NCBI GenBank assembly: GCA_965116905.1
Contig: OZ220732.1
Coordinates: forward strand, 4,143,121 to 4,207,120
Length of the DNA: 64,000 nucleotides
Reading direction: 5' to 3'
From: Longimicrobiales bacterium
GTDB lineage: Bacteria; Gemmatimonadota; Gemmatimonadetes; Longimicrobiales; Gaopeijiaceae
Part shown: piece after piece, positions 11,351 through 20,212 of the stretch
How positions within the stretch are numbered: the stretch's first letter is position 1
How the letters are laid out: each line of letters begins with the position of its first letter
Position numbers and translations under genes: made by a program
Notes under the pieces: generated by a model
What the model was told of the DNA's origin: nothing
Database searches by the model: none
What the model saw: the letters and a program-made list of their open reading frames with translations, nothing else

Positions 11351-11797
11351 ATGACGACCGATCTCCAGGAGAAGGCCGACGCCCGCTTCGCCGCAGCTCT
11401 CGCCGCCAGCGGTGCCCGCGACCCCAGGGAATACTATCGCACGCAACTTCGGGAGTTGAAGCGATCCAACCCCGAGGGGTACGATCAGGCCGTCGGATAT
11501 TATCAGGACGAGCTGGTCCCGTCCATTGCCGAGCGGGACGCCGATCCCATGCAGGCATGGCAAGCCTACGGTCTTCTCATCGCCCAGCTGGCCGCTCCCG
11601 GGCGTGCCGTGGCGATCGATCCCAGCGGCCGGTCACAACCCCTGGAGTCCTCCGCCGGCCTCGAAGACATGGTTCTGCACCTGCCGGATGCCCGAAACGC
11701 GCCGGCGCTCCTGGTGGGGCTGCCTCCGAAGCCATCGCCCGCGCAAATGGCCACGCACAGATGGCTGGTCTCGGGGCGCCGGGCTCTCGGAGACTAG
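11351..11797 (+). CDS. Hypothetical protein (148 aa)
   Basis: MTTDLQEKADARF..., globular composition, TAGACT box 7 nt upstream. Confidence 0.7.
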   Translation: MTTDLQEKADARFAAALAASGARDPREYYRTQLRELKRSNPEGYDQAVGYYQDELVPSIAERDADPMQAWQAYGLLIAQLAAPGRAVAIDPSGRSQPLESSAGLEDMVLHLPDARNAPALLVGLPPKPSPAQMATHRWLVSGRRALGD

Positions 11798-11849
11798 CCG
11801 CACATTCACGCTACACGGCGCCCGTCCGACGCGGCGACTTGCCCCCAGG

Positions 11850-13706
11850 CTAGTCCTCTACCATGTAGGCAATGCCCCACGCCCCCGGTCCCAGGTGGGT
11901 CGAGATCGTGGGCGTGATCGGCGAAACCAGCGTCTCGGCGTCGCCATAGCGCTGCCGCAATTCCTCGCACACCTGGCTCGCGATCTCGGGCGCCGCAACA
12001 TGCACAACCCCGAAGCGGACCTTCCGGACGCCGGGCGGGATCTCGGCCGCGACCTTCTCCATCATCAACCTGCGGGCGCGCGTGGGGCCCCGGGCCTTGC
12101 CGTAGGCCTTGATCCTGCCGTCCGGGCCCACCCCCAACACCGGCTTCAGGTCCAGAATGCCTCCGAACCAGCCGGCGAACTGGCTCACCCGCCCGGACGC
12201 GATCAGCCGGTCCAGGTTTCGTACCGTGAACAGAATACCCGACTGGCGCCGGACCCGCCGCACCTCCGCAACGATGTCGTCCGCGGACCAGCCCGCCTCG
12301 GCCAGCTCCGCGGCTTTCAGGGCCAGCAGTCCGACCAGCAGAGAGGCCGCCTCCGAGTCGACAAGCCGGATATCCAGCTGCGGAACCATGCGCGTCGCAT
12401 TCTCGGCAGACCGGTAGATGCCACTCAGCGCCGCGGCCACCAGCACCCCGATCACCACCTCCGATTCGCTCGAAGCGCGTTCGAACGCGGCCATGAAGTC
12501 GCCGGGAGGGGGTTGCGACGTCGAGGGCAGCGTCCGACCGCTCTCCAGCCGCGCGTGAAACTCCTCGGCGGTCACGTCGATGCCGTCCCTCAGGGTCTTG
12601 CCGTCCTCGATGAGAAGCAGCGGGACCACATGGATCCCGTGCGCCCGAACCACCGTCTCGGGAAGATCCGAGCCCGAATCGACCAGGATCCCGACGGGGC
12701 GCCGCACGGCGTCCTCCCCCGCGCGCCGCGCCGCTTCGAACTGGGCCAGCATGTCTTCGGCCTTGTGGGCGGTCACGGTCCCCACGGTCGCGCAGTAGTC
12801 GATCGCCGCCTGCGGTTCGTCCGTGTGCAGGTGGACCTTCAGGATTTCCTCGCTCCGTATGACCAGGAGCTCCTCCGTGCCCTCGGACAGCGCCGCGCGC
12901 ACCGTCTTCCCGGAGGGGAGGTTCGGCCCCTCGACCAGGATCTCGGTGCAGTAGCGCCTGCTGCCGTGCGCGAAAGGATGCGAGACGCCTCCGATCGGGG
13001 ACCAGTCGGCGCGCGACAGGTCGGCGACGAGATCCTCGGCGACCTGCTCCTGGACAGCGGCCTCGTGATCCCCTTTCTCGATCAGGCTCACGACGCCTTC
13101 CAGCATCTGCACGAACCCCATCGCACCCGCGTCCACGACGCCAGCCTCGGCAAGAACCGGAAGCAGGTCGGGGGTGCGGGCAAGCGACTCCCGGGCCGTC
13201 TCGAGCACGCGAGCCATCGAGTCGGCGAAGTCTCCCGCCCCGTCTTCGCCCCCTTCCTCGACCGCCCTGGTGGCCGAGTCGCGCACCACGGTGAGGATCG
13301 TGCCCTCGACCGGGTCCTCGACCGCGCCGTCGAGCGAACGCGCGCCCGCCATCAGGGCCAGCGAAACGTCGGTGAGGGACGCGCGCGCCCGCCCTTCCAG
13401 TCCTCCGGAAAAGCCCAGGAGGAACTGCGACAGCATCATCCCGCAATTGCCGCGAGCGCCCAACAGGGCCGAACGGGCAACGGCCGCCGCGACCTTGTCC
13501 ACGCGCCGTTCCAGGGATCCGGCCAGGTCACTGGCGACGGCGTCCAGCGTGAGCGACAGGTTGGTACCGGTGTCGCCGTCGGCCACGGGAAAGACGTTGA
13601 TCCGGTTGAGCTCGGCCTTGACCTGCTGTCCATGGTCGCACGCTGCCAACACGGCGCGCCTTAGACGGCGACCATCCACGTAAGCGATCTTGGACCTGTC
13701 GGACAT
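11850..13706 (-). CDS. DAK2 (FakA-like) and DegV (FakB-like) fusion; putative single-chain fatty acid kinase
   Basis: N-terminal INVFPVADGDTGTN, GARGNCG, VDAG and YCTE...KVHLHT, then DegV motifs ILVDSGSD, STSQP, LSG, GRVS, HLGPG. Confidence 0.9.
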   Translation of the reverse strand: MSDRSKIAYVDGRRLRRAVLAACDHGQQVKAELNRINVFPVADGDTGTNLSLTLDAVASDLAGSLERRVDKVAAAVARSALLGARGNCGMMLSQFLLGFSGGLEGRARASLTDVSLALMAGARSLDGAVEDPVEGTILTVVRDSATRAVEEGGEDGAGDFADSMARVLETARESLARTPDLLPVLAEAGVVDAGAMGFVQMLEGVVSLIEKGDHEAAVQEQVAEDLVADLSRADWSPIGGVSHPFAHGSRRYCTEILVEGPNLPSGKTVRAALSEGTEELLVIRSEEILKVHLHTDEPQAAIDYCATVGTVTAHKAEDMLAQFEAARRAGEDAVRRPVGILVDSGSDLPETVVRAHGIHVVPLLLIEDGKTLRDGIDVTAEEFHARLESGRTLPSTSQPPPGDFMAAFERASSESEVVIGVLVAAALSGIYRSAENATRMVPQLDIRLVDSEAASLLVGLLALKAAELAEAGWSADDIVAEVRRVRRQSGILFTVRNLDRLIASGRVSQFAGWFGGILDLKPVLGVGPDGRIKAYGKARGPTRARRLMMEKVAAEIPPGVRKVRFGVVHVAAPEIASQVCEELRQRYGDAETLVSPITPTISTHLGPGAWGIAYMVED

Positions 13707-13787
13707 GCGGAGTAGACTCCCACAAGGAGCCGCGGCCGGAGGAACACTGCCTGCACAGTACTACCGACCCCGAAAGAGTGCCAAGGA

Positions 13788-14501
13788 GTGCCGAACTTGA
13801 AACCACTGCGCGACGGAATCGCCTGCGTCTGGGAAGGACGGCTCGACGCCGGACCCGCAGTGACGGCGGCGGCCCGGGCGCTGCTGTCTCCCAGGGAGCT
13901 GGCGCGCGCCGACCGGTTCGTCTACGACCACCACCGTCGGCGGTACACGGTCGCGCAGGCCCACCTTCGGCGTGTGCTGGCGGACCTGACCGGAGACGAC
14001 CCGGCCGCCATTCGCTTCCGGTACGGAGAGCACGGCAAGCCGTTTCTGGCCGGTGGACCCGTGTTCAACCAGTCCCATTCATCGGAGAGGGTCATGATCG
14101 CCGTTGCCACCGAAGGCCGCCTGGGGATCGACATCGAGAAGAGGAGGACGGTGCGCCTGATGTCCGAGATCGCCCGCAAGAACTTTGCATCGGCCGAGGC
14201 CGAACTCTTCCGAAGGACTCCCGGCCCCGACCGCCAGCACGTCTTTTTCCGGCTGTGGACGTGCAAGGAGGCCTTCCTCAAGGCACTCGGGGTCGGGCTC
14301 ACCGAACCACTTCGTTCCTTCTCGGTCGATCCGTCCCGACATCCGCGGAGCGCCCTCGTCCAAGCAAGCGCCCACGGGGAACACCCGGCGGACTGGCACG
14401 TCGCCAACATTCCCTGCTCAGGCGGCGCCACGGCGGCGATCGCGATCGACCGCCCGGACATCGCAGTGGAGCCGCTCGGCTACGATCCCGCCGGTCTCTA
14501 G
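13788..14501 (+). CDS. Sfp-type 4'-phosphopantetheinyl transferase
   Basis: GKPFL, FNQSHS, LGIDIE, WTCKEAFLKALGVGL. Confidence 0.93.
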   Translation: MPNLKPLRDGIACVWEGRLDAGPAVTAAARALLSPRELARADRFVYDHHRRRYTVAQAHLRRVLADLTGDDPAAIRFRYGEHGKPFLAGGPVFNQSHSSERVMIAVATEGRLGIDIEKRRTVRLMSEIARKNFASAEAELFRRTPGPDRQHVFFRLWTCKEAFLKALGVGLTEPLRSFSVDPSRHPRSALVQASAHGEHPADWHVANIPCSGGATAAIAIDRPDIAVEPLGYDPAGL

Positions 14502-14528
14502 GGCGCCCACGGACTCCCGGGCGCGACG

Positions 14529-15500
14529 TCAGCCGCAGGTGTCGACGGTGCCTTCGCCGCAAGCGCCCACCGCCACGGCACCCTCATCGCACGGACTCGA
14601 GCCGCTCGATTCGCCCGTGCCCGTGGTCGCATTCGAGCAGATCGCGCCGTTCTCGTAGCAGGTGTAGCAGGCCGATTCCGCCAGCGGCGCGCGCATTCGG
14701 ACCGCCTCCGCGAGCGTGTCGGCGAGGCGCGCACTCGGATAGTCGAGCAGGATCGGGCAGGCGTAGACCCCGGCCGCCGTGACAAGCCGCGCACGCGTGC
14801 AGAGCAGCTGGTCGAGATCGTAGCCGTGCAGCATCTCGTGGGTGACACGCTCGGACGCGCGGTACGGCCGGTTCCGCTTCGCCTCCTCGCCGATCAGGAG
14901 CGGCGGCAACACCTTCAGCCGCGGCTCATCGTACCCGACGGTGCCGAGCGCGTCCCGAAACGCCTGCAGCATGCAGGGCATCTCCTCGCAGGGCCAGCTC
15001 TGCATGGTCGTGATGATGGGCCGGAAGCCGGCAGCCACCAGATGCCCCACGCCCTCCATGGCGCGGTCGAAGGTGCCCTCTCCCCGGATCGGGTCGTTGA
15101 TCTCGGCCGACGGGCCGTCCACGCTCACGCGCAACTCGAGCGCGTGCGCACTCGCGTCCTGGATCCGGCGAAGCTCCTGCACCCGGCGCGGCGGGAAGAG
15201 CGTGGCGTTGGTCAGCACCGTGGCCGGCCCATAGGCCAGCGTGTCCTCGAGAATGCCCTCGATCTCGTTGTTCATGAAGGGCTCGCCGCCCGTGAAGTAG
15301 TACTCCTTCACCCCCATGCCGGCGGACTCCTTCAGCGCGACGCGCACCTGTTCCCTGGTCATGAACCAGAAGGAGTGGTTGTCGGGCGAGCACGAGATGA
15401 AGCAGTGACTGCAACGCAGGTTGCAGACCGTACCGCTCACCTGTATCCAGAGCTGGTCCAGCGAAGCGAGCGGGACGGTGGGGGTCAGGGGCGCAATCAT
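14529..15500 (-). CDS. Radical SAM protein with Cys-rich C-terminus
   Basis: CNLRCSHC (CxxxCxxC), FTGGEPF, LTNAT, VSVDG, and additional C-terminal cysteines. Confidence 0.9.
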   Translation of the reverse strand: MIAPLTPTVPLASLDQLWIQVSGTVCNLRCSHCFISCSPDNHSFWFMTREQVRVALKESAGMGVKEYYFTGGEPFMNNEIEGILEDTLAYGPATVLTNATLFPPRRVQELRRIQDASAHALELRVSVDGPSAEINDPIRGEGTFDRAMEGVGHLVAAGFRPIITTMQSWPCEEMPCMLQAFRDALGTVGYDEPRLKVLPPLLIGEEAKRNRPYRASERVTHEMLHGYDLDQLLCTRARLVTAAGVYACPILLDYPSARLADTLAEAVRMRAPLAESACYTCYENGAICSNATTGTGESSGSSPCDEGAVAVGACGEGTVDTCG

Positions 15501-15546
15501 GACCCGAAACTAGCCCTGATCAATCGGAGCGGATAGGGTATTCCCC

Positions 15547-16917
15547 ATGGGATTCACGACGATCAACCCCGCCAGCGGCGAAATGCTGCGCAGGTACCCC
15601 TTCATGTCCGGCGACGCGCTGGACACCGCCCTCACCACCGCGCAAAAAGCCCAGCGGGCCTGGGCCGCGATACCGGTGGAGGAGCGCGCCCACACCGTAG
15701 CCGGTCTCGCGGCACACCTCCGCGCTCACGACAGCAAGCTCGCCCAGATCGTCACCATGGAGATGGGCAAGCCCCTGGGCGAGGCCGTGATGGAGGTCGA
15801 CAAGTGCGCCTCCGGGTGCGAGCACTATGGCGAGATGGGTCCCGGCTATCTGCGCGACCAGGCGGTCGAGACCGAATCGCACCGGAGCTACGTCACCTTC
15901 CAGCCCCTCGGACTCGTTCTGGCGATCATGCCGTGGAACTTCCCCCTCTGGCAGGTGATCCGGGCAGCCGTCCCGGCCCTGATCGCCGGAAACGGCGTGC
16001 TCCTCAAGCACGCGCCCAGCGTCCCCTGTTGCGCGCTGGAGCTCACCGGGCTTTTCCGGGCGGCGGGGCTCCCGGAAGGGCTGTTCACCAACGTCTTCAT
16101 CGACCTGCCGGCCACCGCCGACCTGATCCGCGACGCACGCGTCCAGGCGGTCACCCTGACCGGCAGCACCCGCGCCGGCCGCGAGGTCGCGCGCCTTGCC
16201 GGATCGGAGATCAAGACGTGCGTGCTGGAACTCGGCGGCAGCGACCCCTACATCGTGCTCGAGGACGCCGACCTGCCCCGCACCGTCGAGGCGTGCGTGA
16301 CCGGCCGCCTCATCAACGCGGGCCAGAGCTGCATCGCGGCCAAGCGCATGATCGTCCACGAGACGGTGGCGGACGAGTTCACCGAAATGGTGATCGCGCG
16401 AATGGGAGCCACCCGCGTGGGCGACCCCATGGCCGAGATGACCGATGTCGGGCCGCTCGCGCGCGAGGATCTGCGCGACCACCTTGCCGGACAGGTCGCC
16501 CGCAGCATCGAGGCCGGTGCCGAGTGCCCGCTGGGCGGCAAGGTGCCCGACGTGCCGGGGTGGTACTACCCGGCCACGGTGCTGGCGGGCGTGAAGCCGG
16601 GGATGCCCGCCTACGACGAGGAGATGTTCGGGCCGGTTGCCTGCATCATCCGCGCCGAGTCCGAGGAGGAGGCCATCCGCATTGCCAACGACACCGCGTA
16701 CGGGCTCGGAGCCGCGGTCTTCACGCGGGATCTGGAGCGCGGAGAACGCATCGCGCGAACCGGAATCGAGGCCGGGTCCTGTTTCGTGAACGACTTCGTG
16801 AAGTCCGACCCGCGACTGCCTTTCGGGGGGGTCAAGTCCAGCGGCTTCGGGCGCGAGCTGGCGGATTTCGGGATCCGCGAGTTCGTCAATGTGAAGACGG
16901 TAAGGGTCGAGCGTTAG
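15547..16917 (+). CDS. NAD(P)-dependent aldehyde dehydrogenase (succinate-semialdehyde dehydrogenase type)
   Basis: IMPWNFP, LKHA, LTGS, LELGGSD, NAGQSCIA, EEMFGPV, PFGGVKSSGFGRE. Confidence 0.93.
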   Translation: MGFTTINPASGEMLRRYPFMSGDALDTALTTAQKAQRAWAAIPVEERAHTVAGLAAHLRAHDSKLAQIVTMEMGKPLGEAVMEVDKCASGCEHYGEMGPGYLRDQAVETESHRSYVTFQPLGLVLAIMPWNFPLWQVIRAAVPALIAGNGVLLKHAPSVPCCALELTGLFRAAGLPEGLFTNVFIDLPATADLIRDARVQAVTLTGSTRAGREVARLAGSEIKTCVLELGGSDPYIVLEDADLPRTVEACVTGRLINAGQSCIAAKRMIVHETVADEFTEMVIARMGATRVGDPMAEMTDVGPLAREDLRDHLAGQVARSIEAGAECPLGGKVPDVPGWYYPATVLAGVKPGMPAYDEEMFGPVACIIRAESEEEAIRIANDTAYGLGAAVFTRDLERGERIARTGIEAGSCFVNDFVKSDPRLPFGGVKSSGFGRELADFGIREFVNVKTVRVER

Positions 16918-16969
16918 ACGCACGCCGCGGCCCGCATCCCCACCTGGCGAACGGGCGCCTCGGCCCGAA

Positions 16970-18520
16970 CTACCGTCGTTTCAGCACGCTCCCGGGCGTC
17001 GCACCCGTCACCGCACCGGCCTCGTACACGACCACGCCCGCCACCCACACGCGCTCGATGCCCTCGGCCGTCAGGTGCGGCTCGGAGGTCGTCGCCCGGT
17101 CGATCACCGTCGCCGGGTCGAAGAGCACCATGTCCGCGGGCGCTCCAGCCACGAGAACCCCCCGCCCCGACAGCCCCACGTGGGCCGCCGCCAGCCCGGT
17201 CATCTTGTGGACCGCCTCCTCCACGCCGAGCCGCCCCTCCTCGCGCACGTAGCGTCCCAGCACCCGCGGGTAGGCCCCGAATCCACGCGGGTGCGCACCC
17301 CGCAGCCCCCCGTCGCTCGACACGTTGGTATGCGGCCAGGCCATGAGCGTGGCGATGTCGTCGAAGGTCATGCTGGTCCCGACGATACTCTCGCCCCCAC
17401 GCCCGCTCTCCCGCCCGGCCCGCGACTCCGCGATCAGATCGAGGTACGTCGTGACCGCGTCCGTCCCGCGCTCTTCGGCGATCTGCGCCAGCGTCTTCCC
17501 CTCCAGCGCCGTATCGGCCTCGAAGCGCCCGATCAGCATCCCCTCGGGCGCGACCAGCTCCTCCAGCGCGTACCGGGCAGCTTCCCGATCGGTAAAATCG
17601 CGCTCCGGAAACAGCACCGTCATCGTCGACTGCCAGTACTCGTACGGATAGACGTCGGCCGTGATGTCGAGGCCCGCAGCACGCGCCTCGTCGAGCCGCG
17701 CCAGCACGTCGGCCGCCTGCCCCCAGAGCCCCCGCGCCGCCAGCTTGAAGTGCGAGATCTGCACGGGCAGCCGCGCCCGCTCCGCAATCTCGATCGTCTC
17801 CTCGATCGCCTCGTGCAGGGCCCGGTCCTCGCTGCGCATGTGCGAGATGTAGCGGCCCCCGAGCGCGGCGGCCGTCTCGGCAAGCGCGACCACCTCGTCC
17901 GTCGACGAATAGATCCCCGGGTCGTATTCCAGGCCGGTGGACAGCCCCAGCGCGCCACTCGCCAATTCGATCCCCAGCAGCATCTGCATCGCCGCGATCT
18001 CCTCCGACGTGGCCTCCCGGCGGAAGTCGTCGCCCATGATCTCCCGCCTGAGCGTGCCGTGCCCCGCGTACGACGCCACGTTGACCGCCGCCGGCGTCGC
18101 CTCCAGCGCCGCGAAGAAGTCCGCTACGGGGAAGCGCGACCCCCCGTCCTGCCCCGCGACAATCGTCGTGATCCCCTGGCTGACCGCGGCCAACGCCGTC
18201 AGCTCCTCCAGCAGCCCTCCGTCGTGGTGGCTGTGGGTGTCGATAAAGCCGGGCGCAAGCACAAGTCCGCCGCCGTTGTGGACCGGCTCGCCGTTTTTGG
18301 GGGAGAGAGCGTCGTCCGCGTCGGCGGCGGCCACCTCGACAATGACCCCGCCCTCCACGCGCACGGCGCCGAGGAAGCCGGGGCTCCCCGTCCCGTCGAC
18401 GATCGTGGCGCCCCGGACCAGGAAGGACTCGGCTTCCGGCGGCGCGGCCGCGTCGCCACAGCCGGACAGAAGCGGAAGCCACGCGGTCACCAGCAGGGCC
18501 AAACCGGCACGCCGACCCAT
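16970..18520 (-). CDS. N-acyl-D-amino-acid deacylase family amidohydrolase, lipoprotein
   Basis: Lipobox LSGC, PGFIDTHSH, SHMR, ISHFK, ADVYPY, HPRGFG. Confidence 0.88.
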   Translation of the reverse strand: MGRRAGLALLVTAWLPLLSGCGDAAAPPEAESFLVRGATIVDGTGSPGFLGAVRVEGGVIVEVAAADADDALSPKNGEPVHNGGGLVLAPGFIDTHSHHDGGLLEELTALAAVSQGITTIVAGQDGGSRFPVADFFAALEATPAAVNVASYAGHGTLRREIMGDDFRREATSEEIAAMQMLLGIELASGALGLSTGLEYDPGIYSSTDEVVALAETAAALGGRYISHMRSEDRALHEAIEETIEIAERARLPVQISHFKLAARGLWGQAADVLARLDEARAAGLDITADVYPYEYWQSTMTVLFPERDFTDREAARYALEELVAPEGMLIGRFEADTALEGKTLAQIAEERGTDAVTTYLDLIAESRAGRESGRGGESIVGTSMTFDDIATLMAWPHTNVSSDGGLRGAHPRGFGAYPRVLGRYVREEGRLGVEEAVHKMTGLAAAHVGLSGRGVLVAGAPADMVLFDPATVIDRATTSEPHLTAEGIERVWVAGVVVYEAGAVTGATPGSVLKRR

Positions 18521-18527
18521 GTCGCCC

Positions 18528-20105
18528 TCAGCCCCGATCCACTTCCGGCACCGCCCTGTCCATCTCGGCCGCCACGTCCTGCGGATCACGCATCTGCGTC
18601 AGGTCCAGCTCGTAGTCCGGCACCTCGCGCGGCACGAGTTTCTCCTTGAGCTCGCGGATCTCGCGGCCCGACAGGCCCAGCCCGGCGAGCTCGGCGTTCG
18701 TCAGCCCGGTCCCGCTGCGGGCGGCCAGCCCATCGTCACCGACCGACACGAGCCGGGACAACGCCGCGATCTCGGCACCGGAGAGCTTGTCGCCCATGAC
18801 CTGGTAGTCGACCCAGGCCTCGTAGCTCAGGGGCGCGACGCGCTTCACCATCCCGGCCATGACCCGGCCGTACTCCTGGATCTCCCACTGCGCGTGGTCG
18901 TCGACCCGCAACGTGAGGAAGTGGAGCAGGTTGTGGAGGTCGATCTTCCAGTACCACTGCGTGTACGTGGACAGCGGCAGGTCGATGCGGGCCAGCTCCC
19001 GGGCCACGTTCTCGCCCACCAGCCAGCCGTAGTCGTCCGCCGCCCGGGCGCGAACCTCCTCCCAGCGGCGCATCGCTTCGCGGTAGAAATCGGGATCGAC
19101 GGAACCCGGCGCCCTCCCCTGGTTGCTTGTCGCGCTCTGCAGCGAGAACTGGTCCTGCTCGGGGCTGTAGAAGAGGAGCGGCATGAGGCTGTACCTGCCG
19201 CTGTATTCGTTGACTGAGTTGTGCGTCACGATGCCGTTGGCCACGAAGTTGTGGTGCGGGCCCTCCACCTCGAGGTCGTAGGTTTCCCGTTCTCCCACGT
19301 ATTCGAAGCGGGCGATGCGCACGAGTTTGGCCTTGTAGCGGACCTGGTCCCAATCGAGCTTCTCCGCCGCCCCGTTGACACACACGAAGTAGTCGCCGTG
19401 CCGCCACACCGCGCGTCCGCGTGTCTCCCGCACCCCCGTGGCCCCCCGGAGCGTGTCCCAGCCCCCGGCAAACAGGAACTGGTGATCCGCCGTGGCCTCG
19501 ATCGACTTGCCGTCTTCCAGGACCATGCGGAACACCGGCTTGACGCCGTTTCGGTAGACATCCACGATGCGCGTGTGCTGGAAAGTGAGCGTGTCTTCGT
19601 CGACCTGCCTCAGCTTCATCCGCTGCACGCGGTCGCGGCGGAAGAAGGGATTGCGCTGCTTGTCCGGCCGGGTCCTGTTGCGGGTCGGCTGAAAGCGCCG
19701 CCAGATCTCCTCGATGGGCAGCTTGTACAGCTGCCGCCTCCCTCTCGCCTCGGCGCCAGGCAAGTCGAAGTAGACTTCGGTGCCCTCCGCCAGACACGCC
19801 GTCCGGTGCCGTATCCACTGCCTCGCCACGAACATCGGCATCGCGCAGTGGAACTTGAACTCGACCATCTCGGACGGCGTCGTGTGGAGGTGGCGGCGCA
19901 GGTAGCGGATCAGCCCCCGCGTGGCCGAGACCTTGCGCGTGCCGTAGCCGTAACTCACGCGGGCCGCGCGCTCCACCGAATCGTCGGTCCCCATGTAGTC
20001 GACCAGCGCGACGAAGCCGTGGTCCAGCACGGGGAAGTAGCCCCCCAGGATCTCTTCGGCGGCGGGGACGGTGGGGCGGCGGGTGGGGTGCGAGGTCGGT
20101 TCCAT
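18528..20105 (-). CDS. thyX: FAD-dependent thymidylate synthase ThyX containing an intein
   Basis: AARVSYG, HTTPSE, ARQWIRHRTA|intein|SVNEYSGRY, ARELARIDLP, NLLHFLTLR, AQWEI. Confidence 0.96.
   Translation of the reverse strand: MEPTSHPTRRPTVPAAEEILGGYFPVLDHGFVALVDYMGTDDSVERAARVSYGYGTRKVSATRGLIRYLRRHLHTTPSEMVEFKFHCAMPMFVARQWIRHRTACLAEGTEVYFDLPGAEARGRRQLYKLPIEEIWRRFQPTRNRTRPDKQRNPFFRRDRVQRMKLRQVDEDTLTFQHTRIVDVYRNGVKPVFRMVLEDGKSIEATADHQFLFAGGWDTLRGATGVRETRGRAVWRHGDYFVCVNGAAEKLDWDQVRYKAKLVRIARFEYVGERETYDLEVEGPHHNFVANGIVTHNSVNEYSGRYSLMPLLFYSPEQDQFSLQSATSNQGRAPGSVDPDFYREAMRRWEEVRARAADDYGWLVGENVARELARIDLPLSTYTQWYWKIDLHNLLHFLTLRVDDHAQWEIQEYGRVMAGMVKRVAPLSYEAWVDYQVMGDKLSGAEIAALSRLVSVGDDGLAARSGTGLTNAELAGLGLSGREIRELKEKLVPREVPDYELDLTQMRDPQDVAAEMDRAVPEVDRG
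19218..19796 (-). mobile_element. Mini-intein (193 aa, no homing endonuclease) in thyX
   Basis: Starts CLAEGTEV, has block B TADH, ends YDLEVEGPHHNFVANGIVTHN followed by +1 Ser. No LAGLIDADG or HNH motif visible. Confidence 0.95.
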
Positions 20106-20212
20106 GGCTCCCAAGCTAACCCGTTGCTCCGAGAACGGGCGAGACCGGTTTGCGTCCGCACGCGGGGTGCGAGTATGGGTACTTCCACAACTCGGAACCC
20201 GAGGAGGATTCC

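Noticed and set aside
13788..15500. Secondary-metabolite or RiPP cluster (PPTase plus radical SAM)
   Set aside because: The genes are convergent, with no carrier protein, synthase, precursor peptide or transporter nearby.
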